Shown: piece after piece, positions 36,419 to 45,222 of the stretch
Position numbering within the stretch: position 1 is the stretch's first letter
How the letters are laid out: every line of letters starts with the position of its first letter
Assembly (NCBI GenBank): GCA_934385225.1
Contig: CAKRPQ010000001.1
Coordinates: 4,876 to 68,875, forward strand
Source of the DNA: an uncultured Eubacteriales bacterium
Lineage (GTDB): Bacteria; Bacillota; Clostridia; Oscillospirales; CAG-272
Length of the DNA: 64,000 bases
Reading direction: 5' to 3'
The notes under the pieces: generated by a model
What the model saw: the letters and a program-made list of their open reading frames with translations, nothing else
The model's database searches: none
What the model was told of the DNA's origin: nothing
Program-made: the position numbers and the translations under genes

Positions 36419-37675
36419 TCACTCGCCTGCGCGCATAATATCTCCCTCTTTTACGTCAAACGGCACGCGCGCATAAAATTTCATTGCGGGGTGCGGCGCG
36501 CTTTCTATCCTCTCGCCGTCCTCCGAATAAAGCTCGGAAACGCGGAAAGCGCGTCCCGTTTTTCCGGGTGTTATCATCTCGGCGGAGTCGCCCTCTTTCA
36601 CCTTATTTCTCTGCACGAACGGGTAAAGAGTGCCGTCCGCCGTCTCTTTTATGCCCGCGAGCCGTTCGGGCATTGATTCCGCGCCGCAGAGCGCCGTCGC
36701 AAAGTACGCCTTGTCTCTTATATAGCCGTTCATCGTTCCGAGGTTTGCCTCATCGAGCGGGTGACCGAAGTAGTATCCCGTGCAGTATTCTCTGTGGCTG
36801 ACGCTTTCAAGCTCGCGCAGAAGCGCGGGGTCGTTTTTATACGCCGCGCCGTCTTTTTCGTACGCGTCCATCGCCATTCTGTAAGCGTTCGTGACGACGG
36901 CGGTGTAGTACGCGCTCTTCATTCGTCCCTCTATCTTGAAGCTGTCGATACCGCTCTCCGTAAGTTCGGGAATGTGTTCGATCATACACATATCCTTCGA
37001 GCCGAAAACGAACGTCCCGTCCTGCGTCTGTTCTATCGGCAGAGGCACGTCGGGTCTTTTCTCTTCGACGAGGGCATAATTCCAGCGGCAGGGCTGCGTG
37101 CAGGCGCCGCGGTTTGCATCCCTGCCCGTCAGATAGTTCGAGAGCGTGCAGCGGCCGCTGAACGAGACGCACATCGAGCCGTGAATGAACGCTTCGAGTT
37201 CGAGACCGCGCGGAATGTCGGCTTTTATCTCCTTTATTTCGGCGAGGCTCACCTCTCTCGCGAGAACGACGCGCTTTGCGCCGAGGTTGTGGAACGCGCG
37301 GCAGACGGGAGCGCTGACGACGCCCGCCTGTGTCGAAATATGCACCTCCATATCGGGAATAATGCTTTTAACCGTATCAAGCACGCCGAGATCCGCGATT
37401 ATCATAGCGTCGATACCGATGTCCTTTATTTCGTCAAGAAATCTGCGGAGCGCGGGGTATTCGTAGCCGCGCGGCATTGTATTCACCGTAAGATAAATTT
37501 TCTTCCCGCGCCCGTGCGCGTACAAAACGGCGTTTTTAAGTTCCTCCGTCGTGAAGTTATCGGCGGCGGAGCGCATACCGAACATATTTCCGGCAAGATA
37601 CACCGCGTCCGCGCCGTAGAGGAACGCCGCTTTCATTTTTTCAAAATTTCCCGCAGGGGATAAAAGTTCGGGCAT
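36419..37675 (-). CDS. U32-family peptidase
   Basis: MPELLSPAGNFEKMKAAFLYGADAVYLAG ... the E-x-F-x-H-G-x-M-C block (EAFIHGSMCVSFSGRC) is the typical U32 signature. Confidence 0.9.
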   Translation of the reverse strand: MPELLSPAGNFEKMKAAFLYGADAVYLAGNMFGMRSAADNFTTEELKNAVLYAHGRGKKIYLTVNTMPRGYEYPALRRFLDEIKDIGIDAMIIADLGVLDTVKSIIPDMEVHISTQAGVVSAPVCRAFHNLGAKRVVLAREVSLAEIKEIKADIPRGLELEAFIHGSMCVSFSGRCTLSNYLTGRDANRGACTQPCRWNYALVEEKRPDVPLPIEQTQDGTFVFGSKDMCMIEHIPELTESGIDSFKIEGRMKSAYYTAVVTNAYRMAMDAYEKDGAAYKNDPALLRELESVSHREYCTGYYFGHPLDEANLGTMNGYIRDKAYFATALCGAESMPERLAGIKETADGTLYPFVQRNKVKEGDSAEMITPGKTGRAFRVSELYSEDGERIESAPHPAMKFYARVPFDVKEGDIMRAGE

Positions 37676-37774
37676 ATTTTTTCCTTTCAGAGAGGTTTTC
37701 GAGTTGTTGAAAATTCTTTTTCAAAGCAATTTGTCATTTTGTTTAATCAAATGAAGCCGACTCCCGCTTTTTCT

Positions 37775-38056
37775 CCCATGCGACAGGCGCTCTCTCTTTT
37801 TAGCCTCCCTTGTGTAAAGGGAGGTGGATTGCCACGAAGTGGCAAGACGGAGGGATTGTTTCTACACCGCCGTGAAGATATGCAGTCCCGTTTTCCACTT
37901 TTTCTTTGACACCACAGGCGCAAAGATAAAAGCATAGATGCCTTCGGCATCTCACAAAAAGAAACGCCGAGAACATTTCGCCGTCTGCGGACGGCGACAA
38001 AAGGCTCTGCCTTTTGAATCCGCAAGCCTTTGAAAAGGCTTGACCTAAACTTTATA
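37775..38056. repeat. hairpin-module array B
   Basis: Contains GCCTCCCTTGTGTAAAGGGAGG, GCCGTCTGCGGACGGC (37980-37995), AAAAGGCTCTGCCTTTT (within 37996-38020) and CAAGCCTTTGAAAAGGCTTG (38023-38042). It lies downstream of the radical SAM gene. Confidence 0.85.
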
Positions 38057-38071
38057 ATCGTTTTTTGCCTG

Positions 38072-38932
38072 CTATTTCCTTTTCGCGGCAAAGCCGCAGG
38101 ACGCGCAGAGAGGTTCGCGGAAAATGCGGTGTTCAAGGTCGTACCGCAAAGTTCTCGCGCGAGCCGACAGGAGAATTTCGCCGAGCGTATTTTCGTATAT
38201 ATTTCCGAGCGGAATCCTGCCGTTCCTGTCAAGGCAGCATGGCACGACAGTTCCGTCCGCGAGGACAGCCGTCTGCGTCAGAAGTCCGTGGCAGAGCGCG
38301 TTTTTTCCGCAGTCGCGGGGCTTGTCCGTCTCTTTCGCGTCGGGCCAGTCGAATTTTTCTCCGTATTCGACAAAAACGTGCGTCGCGATGCGCACTCCGC
38401 GATGATTTTCGACCCACTCCTCCCTTTCGGGCGGAAAATTTTTACGCGCGCGGGCGAGAATTTTTTCGTTAAGTGTGTTTTTTCCGCCCTCGCCGTCGTT
38501 CCAGAGGCGCAGAACGGCAAATTTACCGTTTTCGGCGAGCGTTTTCGCCGCGGAAAAGCAGTTTTCGAGATATTCGTCGAAATCCCCGCCGTCCGCGTTC
38601 GCCTCAAACGAGTGGAGCGAAACGCAGACCGTTTTAAGCCTTTCGCTTCCGAGAAGAGTCGGCAGTTTTTCGCGGAGGAGCGTTCCGTTCGTCGTTATCT
38701 TGACAGAGGACGGAAATTCGTCCGCAATTTTGAGTATTTTATCAAGTTCGGGGTGCAGAAGCGGCTCGCCCATAACGTGCAGAAAGATATTTTCGGGCTT
38801 TTCGCCCGAAACCGCCCTCATCGCCGCGCGGAATTCCGCGGGCGACATAAAGCGCGCTTCCCTCTCGTGTCCGGGGCAGAACGAACAGGCAAGATTGCAG
38901 ACATTCGTAATTTCAATATAAATATTCTTCAT
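38072..38932 (-). CDS. radical SAM protein with a C-terminal SPASM/twitch-like Cys cluster
   Basis: The CNLACSFC (CxxxCxxC) motif is at aa 12-19. C-terminal cysteines are ...CHGLL...VVPCCLD...CASCG. Confidence 0.85.
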   Translation of the reverse strand: MKNIYIEITNVCNLACSFCPGHEREARFMSPAEFRAAMRAVSGEKPENIFLHVMGEPLLHPELDKILKIADEFPSSVKITTNGTLLREKLPTLLGSERLKTVCVSLHSFEANADGGDFDEYLENCFSAAKTLAENGKFAVLRLWNDGEGGKNTLNEKILARARKNFPPEREEWVENHRGVRIATHVFVEYGEKFDWPDAKETDKPRDCGKNALCHGLLTQTAVLADGTVVPCCLDRNGRIPLGNIYENTLGEILLSARARTLRYDLEHRIFREPLCASCGFAAKRK

Positions 38933-38965
38933 AGGAAAAAGCGCGGATATCGCGGGCGCAGAGTA

Positions 38966-39595
38966 TTACTCCCCGTCCTTTACGGCGATAAGTTCTCCCG
39001 CAAACGGGAGCGACATTATCCAGTCGCAGAACGTATGCCACTCCGCCAGTTTATGCGTGCGGCGCGCGTAGTAGATATTTACAAGGTTCTCGTAGTTGAG
39101 CGTAACCGTTCTCATCTGATTATAGCTTGACGGGAGAATCTGTATCATATTGTGCCAGTGGCTTCTGTCGTCCTTGTCCGCGATAAACTGCCGTCTCTCC
39201 TCTTCAAGGAAATCTATTATCGAATCGAGCATTTTAAGTCCCTCGTCCGTCAGGCGGTCGCAGCTGAAATCCTCGCGCGAGAACGGCTTTGAGTGAATTT
39301 TGTGCATTGTGGAGCAGGAATTTGCCGTCGTGCCGACCTTATATGTGTCGAACTCTTTCCACCAGTAGAGCGGAGCCGTTATATCGACGGAAACGATTAT
39401 CTGGCGGAGAAATTTTCTGTGATCGCTGCCCGCCTTCGCGAGTCTTGTCGCAAGCGAAAGATCGTTTTCGCCGAAAACGAAATTGCCGTCCGCATCGGTA
39501 AAGCTGTCCATTCTCTCCCAGCTGTTCATCGGGTTTCTCGCGCCGCGGATCGCGTTCTCAAAGTTCATGACCGAAGTTCTTTCTGTCTTTATCAT
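38966..39595 (-). CDS. ThyX-fold (flavin-dependent thymidylate synthase-like) protein lacking the RHR motif
   Basis: The block order parallels ThyX: SDHRKFLRQIIVSVDITAPLYWWKEFDTYKVGTTANSCSTMH, then ILPSSYNQMRTVTLNYENLVNIYYARRTHKLAEWHTF. The position of RHR-x7-S reads TYK-x7-C-S. Confidence 0.7.
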   Translation of the reverse strand: MIKTERTSVMNFENAIRGARNPMNSWERMDSFTDADGNFVFGENDLSLATRLAKAGSDHRKFLRQIIVSVDITAPLYWWKEFDTYKVGTTANSCSTMHKIHSKPFSREDFSCDRLTDEGLKMLDSIIDFLEEERRQFIADKDDRSHWHNMIQILPSSYNQMRTVTLNYENLVNIYYARRTHKLAEWHTFCDWIMSLPFAGELIAVKDGE

Positions 39596-39655
39596 TTCAC
39601 TACCTCCGTTTTATAAAATATTAACATATCCGCGCGCATAAGTCAAGAGAAAATC

Positions 39656-39684
39656 TTGACAAAAACGAAAAGAGGTTATATAAT
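39656..39684 (+). promoter_or_regulatory. sigma-A promoter for pepF (exact consensus)
   Basis: TTGACA (39656-39661), 17 nt, TATAAT (39679-39684). Confidence 0.6.
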
Positions 39685-39717
39685 AACCTTAAAATATATT
39701 ATAAAAGGAGAATGAAA

Positions 39718-41520
39718 ATGACCGACGTAAGAGCCGACATACCGGCAAAATACAAATGGGATCTTTCCGCAATATACGAAAACATCGAAGCGTTCAACGC
39801 CGACTACGAAAAGGCGAAGAAGCTGATCGAAGCGTTCCCGCGCCACGCGGAGACGATGACAAAGAGCCCCGAAGCACTGTACGAAGCACTCGAAGAAGAC
39901 ACGCAGATTTCGCGTCTGCTCGAAAAGCTCTATTCCTACGCGTTCCTTAACTCCGACCTTGACAAGTCCGACAACTTCTACCTCTCGCTTTCGGGCAAGA
40001 TACAGAATCTCTGGTGCGACGCGGGTTCGGCGAGCTTCTTTATGCGTCCGAAGATGCTTTCGATAAGCAAGAAAACGACAGAAAAATGGTACGAAGAATT
40101 TCCGAAGCTGCTCGAATACAAGAGAGCGATAGAGGGCGTTCAGAGATACCGTCCGCACACGCTTTCGGACGAGGGTGAAAAGCTCCTTGCGGATCTTTCG
40201 CCCGCAATGGGAACTCACTCCGACATCAGAAGCATTTTCGCGAACGCGGATCTCCGTTTCGGCAAGATAAACGACGAGGACAGAAAAAAGGTTGAGCTTA
40301 CCGAGGCGACATACGTTCTCCGCCTTATGAGCGAGGACAGAAACGTCCGCCGCGCGGCATTCAAAAAGCTCTACGAGACCTACGACGGCTTCGGCAACAC
40401 CCTCTCGTCGCTTATGAACGCGTGCGTAAAGGAAAGAACCACGCTCGCAAAGGTCAGAAAATACAAGGACAGCATTACGGCGTCTACTTTCTCGGACGAG
40501 GTAACGCCCGAAATCTACAACAACCTTATAAACACCGTCAGCGAGAACTTTGCACCGCTCTTCAAGTATTACGACATCAAGCGCGAGGTACTGGGACTTT
40601 CGAAAATGCATATGTACGACGTTTACACGCCTCTCATCTCCTCCTGCACGAAGGAATACGACTTTGAAGAGGCTGTTTCCGAGGTACTCGACACCGTAAA
40701 GGTATTCGGCGACGAATATCTGAACACTCTTAAAAACGGTATCGAAAAGGAAAAATGGGTTGACGTTTACCCGACGAAGGGCAAGAGAGGCGGCGCATAC
40801 AGCGCAGGCTGCTACGATACACAGCCTTATATACTTCTCAACTACACGGGCAAGCTCGACGACGTTTCGACCCTTGCGCACGAGGCGGGACATTCGATGC
40901 ACTCCTACTTCTCGCGAGGGGCGAACACACCGCAGGAATCAGACTACACTATCTTTGTCGCCGAGGTTGCGTCGACTGTAAACGAGCTTCTTTTCTGCCA
41001 CAGAAAGCTCCGCGAATCGAAGAGCAACGAAGAAAAGCTCGCAATAATGAACCAGCTGATGGAGACGTACAAGGGAACGCTCTACCGCCAGACGATGTTT
41101 GCGGAATTTGAGCGCGAAATGCACGCACTCTGTGAGGCGGGCGAAACGCTCACAAAAGAGCTTCTCTGCGACGTTTACTACAAGATCGTGAAGAAATATT
41201 TCGGGAATCACGTCGTCTGCGACAAGGAGATCGCGCTCGAATGGATGAGAATACCGCATTTTTACAGCTGTTTCTACGTCTACAAATATGCGACCTGCAT
41301 TTCGGCTGCGTCGTCGATCGTTCACAAGATAGAGACCGAGGGCGAGGCGTATATAGGAAAGTATCTCGACTTCCTCAAATGCGGCGGTTCGAAGAGTCCG
41401 CTTGACAGCCTCAAAGTTGCGGGCATTGATATGACGAAACCCGAAGTCGTTCGCGACGCCATTGCCGACTTTGCCGAGACTGTTGACGCTTTCGAAAAGC
41501 TCTATAACGAGACGAAGTAA
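39718..41520 (+). CDS. pepF: oligoendopeptidase F (M3B)
   Basis: Zinc motif HEAGHSMH. The PepF N-terminus is IPAKYKWDLSAIY. Start placed at the second ATG (39718), because AAGGAG is only 1 nt from ATG 39712. Confidence 0.93.
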   Translation: MTDVRADIPAKYKWDLSAIYENIEAFNADYEKAKKLIEAFPRHAETMTKSPEALYEALEEDTQISRLLEKLYSYAFLNSDLDKSDNFYLSLSGKIQNLWCDAGSASFFMRPKMLSISKKTTEKWYEEFPKLLEYKRAIEGVQRYRPHTLSDEGEKLLADLSPAMGTHSDIRSIFANADLRFGKINDEDRKKVELTEATYVLRLMSEDRNVRRAAFKKLYETYDGFGNTLSSLMNACVKERTTLAKVRKYKDSITASTFSDEVTPEIYNNLINTVSENFAPLFKYYDIKREVLGLSKMHMYDVYTPLISSCTKEYDFEEAVSEVLDTVKVFGDEYLNTLKNGIEKEKWVDVYPTKGKRGGAYSAGCYDTQPYILLNYTGKLDDVSTLAHEAGHSMHSYFSRGANTPQESDYTIFVAEVASTVNELLFCHRKLRESKSNEEKLAIMNQLMETYKGTLYRQTMFAEFEREMHALCEAGETLTKELLCDVYYKIVKKYFGNHVVCDKEIALEWMRIPHFYSCFYVYKYATCISAASSIVHKIETEGEAYIGKYLDFLKCGGSKSPLDSLKVAGIDMTKPEVVRDAIADFAETVDAFEKLYNETK

Positions 41521-41541
41521 TTTGGGTTAAAGATACAAAAA

Positions 41542-41576
41542 GAAAACAGGGATTTTACGATCCCTGTTTTCTTTTT
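41542..41576 (+). terminator. rho-independent terminator after pepF
   Basis: GAAAACAGGGA (41542-41552) pairs with TCCCTGTTTTC (41561-41571), followed by TTTTT. Confidence 0.7.
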
Positions 41577-41599
41577 GTTTTCGGAGAGCGGGAGGGAAA

Positions 41600-42275
41600 T
41601 TCGGGCTTCACCGCGACTTCGCCTTTTGTGCTGTATGTCGGGAAGAATCCGCAAGGATTCTTCATAGGTGGAGCAGTTTATACTTGGATTTTATTAGACT
41701 TCACCTCCACCTTCGCCTTTTGTGCTGTATGTCGGGAAGAATCCGCAAGGATTCTTCATAGGTGGAGCAGTTTATACTTGGATTTTATTAGACTTCACCT
41801 CCACCTTCGCCTTCCCCGGTGGCGGGAAGAGACTTTCCATAAAGGAAAGTCAGACCGCGATAGCGGTGGATGAGGTGTTGCGAACACTTTTAGCGGAACT
41901 TCACGTCGTGTTTAGGCTCCCTTGTGTAAAGGGAGCTGTCACCGCAGGTGACTGAGGGATTGTCTATCCGCCGAGGTGCAGTCGTGCAGCACCATTTAAC
42001 GCCTTTTCTTTTGGTGTTGCAGGCACAAAAGAAAAGGCTTTGCGAAAAGAAAAGTGCCGCAAGAGGGTTTCGCTCTCTGCGGAGAGCGACAAGGGCTATG
42101 CGCCCTTGACCGCACTCGCCTTTTGAAAAAGGCGAGACCCAAAACTTTCGACAAAGGCGAGGTGAAAACTTTCAACAAAGGCTTGACCTAAACTTTCACT
42201 AACTTTTTTGCCTCCCCTTTATTCTTTGATAAAGGGGAGGTGGCACGAGCGCAGCGAGTGACGGTAGGGTTCTCC
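41600..42275. repeat. hairpin-module array C
   Basis: Module order is (a-b)x2, c, d/e, f (42001-42038), g, h' (42072-42087), i (42088-42110), j (42115-42136), k, plus an extra CCTCCCCTTTAT...ATAAAGGGGAGG hairpin at about 42211-42240. It lies between convergent pepF and spoIIE. Confidence 0.85.
41617..41814 (+). repeat. 94-bp tandem duplication inside array C
   Basis: 41617-41710 and 41711-41804 are identical when read base by base. The first ~10 nt of a third unit follow. The duplication produces twin ORFs at 41628 and 41722. Confidence 0.9.
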
Positions 42276-42282
42276 TTCCCCG

Positions 42283-44796
42283 TCACGACGCCTTTCTCGC
42301 GCTGACGCGCACAAGCGCCGCCGATATATCGTCTCTGCTTCCGTTTTCCGCGGCAGTCGTGACTATCTTTTTCGCAAATTCGCCGAGATCCGCGTGTGTT
42401 ATATCCTCGCCGAGAAGCTCCATTACGGGAACGCACTCCTCAGGCGACTGCGAAACGCCGTCGCTCATCATTATTATCACGTCGCCGTCCTCAATATCAA
42501 AGCAGACCTGCTCCGCGTCGATTATCTTCATTATCCCGATAGGCGCTGTACTCGACGACAGTTTATAGAGTTTATCCCGCCTCTTTATGAACGATGAGAC
42601 CGCTCCGCTCTTGACAAACGACGCTTTTCCGCGCACAGGGTCAAGTTCCGCAAGGTCCACCGTCGCCGACGTCTCGTCTCCTCTCGCGCGCAGAAGCGTA
42701 TTGAGCATTTTCAGCGACGTATCCTTTCTGTTCCCGCCTTCAAGCATTTTCGAAAGGAACATTCCGCATATCTCCGAGGCAAAAGCCGCCCTCTCGCCCG
42801 TTCCCATTCCGTCGCTTATAAGCGAATAGAACTTCCCCGACGGCGTATCAAACTGCTTCACGCAGTCCCCGCAGACTTCGTCCTCGCGCGGAGAAAGCGA
42901 ATACGCGCCGTCCTCGAAATCAAAGCGTTTTGCCGCCTCTGTACTCATCGCAACCTTGCCGTTTTTAAGCTCGAACACAAGGTCGCGCAAGGGAAAACCA
43001 CACGCCTTTTCAAGCGCTGCTTTAAGATCCGCCGAGCCTATCTTCTCCGCCTTTTTCCCTATGCACGCCGAGTAGATTTTTTTCATGCCGTCGCCCGTTC
43101 CGAACACTTTGATATCGCAGATTCCTGTCTCCGCATATATCCCGCGGCGAACCTTTTCGGTAAGCTCCGTGTCGATCTCGCTGTCCCGTCTGTTCTCCTC
43201 GACAGTCTCTTTCAGAATGTGCGACACCGCGTCGTAATCAAGTGCGAAAAGCTCCGTTTTCTCGCCCTTTATGCCGTCTCTGACAAGCTCCGCGAACTCC
43301 GTATTCACCTCGACTATGACGTCGGGAAGATACAGGCAGTCCGCGCCCGCGTGTTTCGGAAGTTCCTCCGCTTCGACCCTGCCGTTCCTTGCGAGAAGCT
43401 CGCCGAGCTTCGATATAAGTTCCAGTCTGTCCCCGAATCGCTCGGAATAACATTCGCCGTTTCTGACGCACCCGCGGCAGCGGCTTTCAAGCGAATGTTT
43501 GCAGATTGCGTTTATCTCGGCGCCGCTCGGCGACTTCATACGTTCGGAAATGCGGTAGAGAGAATCTGCAAGCGCACCGAACGTCTCGCCGAGCTTTGTG
43601 ATGCGTTCCTCGTATGCCGTACCGAGTTCCGCTTTGTCCGCGGAAAGGCACAGGGAGCGAACGTCGCTTATGCCCTTATCCGCGACCGCGCCGAGAGCAA
43701 TGACGAGCACCGACGCGCAAAGGAACGGCGGCACGAAAAGCGTAAGAGCCGAAAGTCCGCCGATATAGGCGCACCAGAGCGCGGACACCGTAAACGCAAG
43801 GCAAGCCGACGCATATTCGGAGCGTCCGCGCATAACGAAGCTCGCTATGGCGGCGAGAACGAACGCGGGCGACCATGCGGAATTTACCGCAAGTCCCGCG
43901 GCAAGACCCGCGGCGGCGGCTGTAACGGCATTTTTTCTGCGTCCGAGGTAAAGAACGGCGGCGCAGGCGAGAAAAACGGCTGCGTTCGCACCGAAAAATT
44001 CGGTATTTTTAAGCGACAGAACGGTGACAAACGAAAATCCGACGGTAAAAATTCCGCTCATCGCCTTTCCGACGCGCGTCTCCGTCTCCGAGCCGCAGCA
44101 CGAGAAAACGAACGCGAAAACGGGCGCGGAGACCATGCCGAACATCGCCGAAAAGAGGTCATAGAACCTATACCCGCCCGCGCTCATCGAATATAGACCG
44201 ACAAGGAACGCCGCGGCGCACGCGCTCGCCATTCGGAGGAACACATTCTCGCCGAAAAGACCGCCGTACAGCATTTTCCATGCCTTTCCCTTCTCCGTGC
44301 CGACAAGAGTGCTCGCCCTCATACCGTCGGGCGGGTCGATGAACACCCGCGCAAGCGTCCTGACTGCCGTTATCGTCAGATAGGCGGCAAGATAAACGTA
44401 GGGCGAGAACAAAACCTCGCTCCCGATCTCTTTCGGAACGGCGAAAGCCGAAAGGACGGTGCCGACAAGCACATATATGTAAAATTTCTTTTTTGACACG
44501 GCGGTGAGAAGCGCGATGCCGAGCGGATATGTGTCAAGCAGAAGCGGCGTCTTTCCGACAAAGAACGAAATCGCAAGAACGAGCGCGCGTATAAATATTC
44601 CCGTCGCCATCGTGCGCGGGTCCGTTAAAGCGTACGTCCTTATCCGCCTGCACGCCTCGCGGAAAAAGCCCGTTCCGTCTGCGGCTGTTCCCTTGGCGGC
44701 TGTTCCCGCGGAGGTAGTCTCCGCCGCTGCCGCCGTGACCTTTGCGGGTCTTGCGCCCGCGTTCTCTTTTACTCTCTTTTTTCTTCCCGTTTTCAT
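42283..44796 (-). CDS. spoIIE: stage II sporulation protein E (PP2C phosphatase with polytopic N-terminal membrane domain)
   Basis: About 10 TMs followed by a PP2C domain (ISDGMGTGERAAFAS...TVDLAELD...IIMMSDGV). The start is tentatively MKTGRKKR (ATG 44796) and the RBS is weak. The track's start at 44934 has none. Confidence 0.85.
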   Translation of the reverse strand: MKTGRKKRVKENAGARPAKVTAAAAETTSAGTAAKGTAADGTGFFREACRRIRTYALTDPRTMATGIFIRALVLAISFFVGKTPLLLDTYPLGIALLTAVSKKKFYIYVLVGTVLSAFAVPKEIGSEVLFSPYVYLAAYLTITAVRTLARVFIDPPDGMRASTLVGTEKGKAWKMLYGGLFGENVFLRMASACAAAFLVGLYSMSAGGYRFYDLFSAMFGMVSAPVFAFVFSCCGSETETRVGKAMSGIFTVGFSFVTVLSLKNTEFFGANAAVFLACAAVLYLGRRKNAVTAAAAGLAAGLAVNSAWSPAFVLAAIASFVMRGRSEYASACLAFTVSALWCAYIGGLSALTLFVPPFLCASVLVIALGAVADKGISDVRSLCLSADKAELGTAYEERITKLGETFGALADSLYRISERMKSPSGAEINAICKHSLESRCRGCVRNGECYSERFGDRLELISKLGELLARNGRVEAEELPKHAGADCLYLPDVIVEVNTEFAELVRDGIKGEKTELFALDYDAVSHILKETVEENRRDSEIDTELTEKVRRGIYAETGICDIKVFGTGDGMKKIYSACIGKKAEKIGSADLKAALEKACGFPLRDLVFELKNGKVAMSTEAAKRFDFEDGAYSLSPREDEVCGDCVKQFDTPSGKFYSLISDGMGTGERAAFASEICGMFLSKMLEGGNRKDTSLKMLNTLLRARGDETSATVDLAELDPVRGKASFVKSGAVSSFIKRRDKLYKLSSSTAPIGIMKIIDAEQVCFDIEDGDVIIMMSDGVSQSPEECVPVMELLGEDITHADLGEFAKKIVTTAAENGSRDDISAALVRVSARKAS

Positions 44797-45002
44797 TTTG
44801 TGACCCTGCCTTTTCTTCTCCCGGCGGGTCGCTGCCGCGAAAAAATCATACCCGCCGTTTTTTTGTGAGTACATTTTATAACACGGGTGCTTAAAATCGC
44901 GTCGGAATCGGTAGGCGTTTATTTTGCGCGGCAAAGGGCGGAAATTGCGGCGATTGTCGGGGAAAAGCCGCTTATAAGCCTTTGCGCGGGCGGAAATGAC
45001 GG

Positions 45003-45039
45003 AAAAAAAGCGACGGGCAAAATACCTGTCGCTTTTTTT
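45003..45039. terminator. terminator downstream of spoVM (bidirectional architecture)
   Basis: A-run, then GCGACGGG (45010-45017) paired with CCTGTCGC (45025-45032), then a T-run (45033-45039). Confidence 0.6.
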
Positions 45040-45093
45040 CGAACGATTTTTTTAATATTTTTTTCCGCGGGGCATAGAATTAAAGGTTTATCC

Positions 45094-45165
45094 CTACTTC
45101 TTCTTTTTGATGCCTTTAAGTATTCCCGCGATAAACTTCGGCGGCCGCCAGACGTAGATTTTCAT
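45094..45165 (-). CDS. spoVM: stage V sporulation protein M (23 aa; below the ORF-track cutoff)
   Basis: MKIYVWRPPKFIAGILKGIKKKK compared with B. subtilis SpoVM MKFYTIKLPKFLGGIVRAMLGSFRKD (from memory). The shared pattern is MK-x-Y...PKF-x-x-GI. GGAGGTG RBS lies 6 nt upstream. Confidence 0.65.
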   Translation of the reverse strand: MKIYVWRPPKFIAGILKGIKKKK

Positions 45166-45222
45166 TATGTACACCTCCGAAAACGTCTTCACCGAAAGTA
45201 TATTCCGTCTTCACCGAAAGTG

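Noticed and set aside
37800-38000. Repeat-encoded peptides that recur (…EMFSAFLFVRCRRHLCFYL.AC..KEK.ENGTA… at 37800..38000 minus and 60472..60810 plus; …SPSADG(D/E)… in several arrays). This could suggest a small-protein gene family.
   Set aside because: The copies lie on different strands relative to their neighbours, lack RBS and start context, and are interrupted differently in each array. The underlying DNA varies by compensatory stem changes rather than synonymous changes. This indicates a structured repeat, not coding sequence.
41628-41955. Two ORFs with identical N-termini (MLYVGKNPQGFFIGGAVYTWILLDFTSTFAF...)
   Set aside because: They are produced by the 94-bp tandem duplication within repeat array C. 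They have no RBS, and the sequence is explained by hairpin modules a and b.
42211-42243. CCTCCCCTTTAT...ATAAAGGGGAGG hairpin as the spoIIE terminator
   Set aside because: On the spoIIE (minus) strand the stem is followed by an A-run, not a U-run; the T-run precedes it on the plus strand. It is better explained as a variant of repeat module c.
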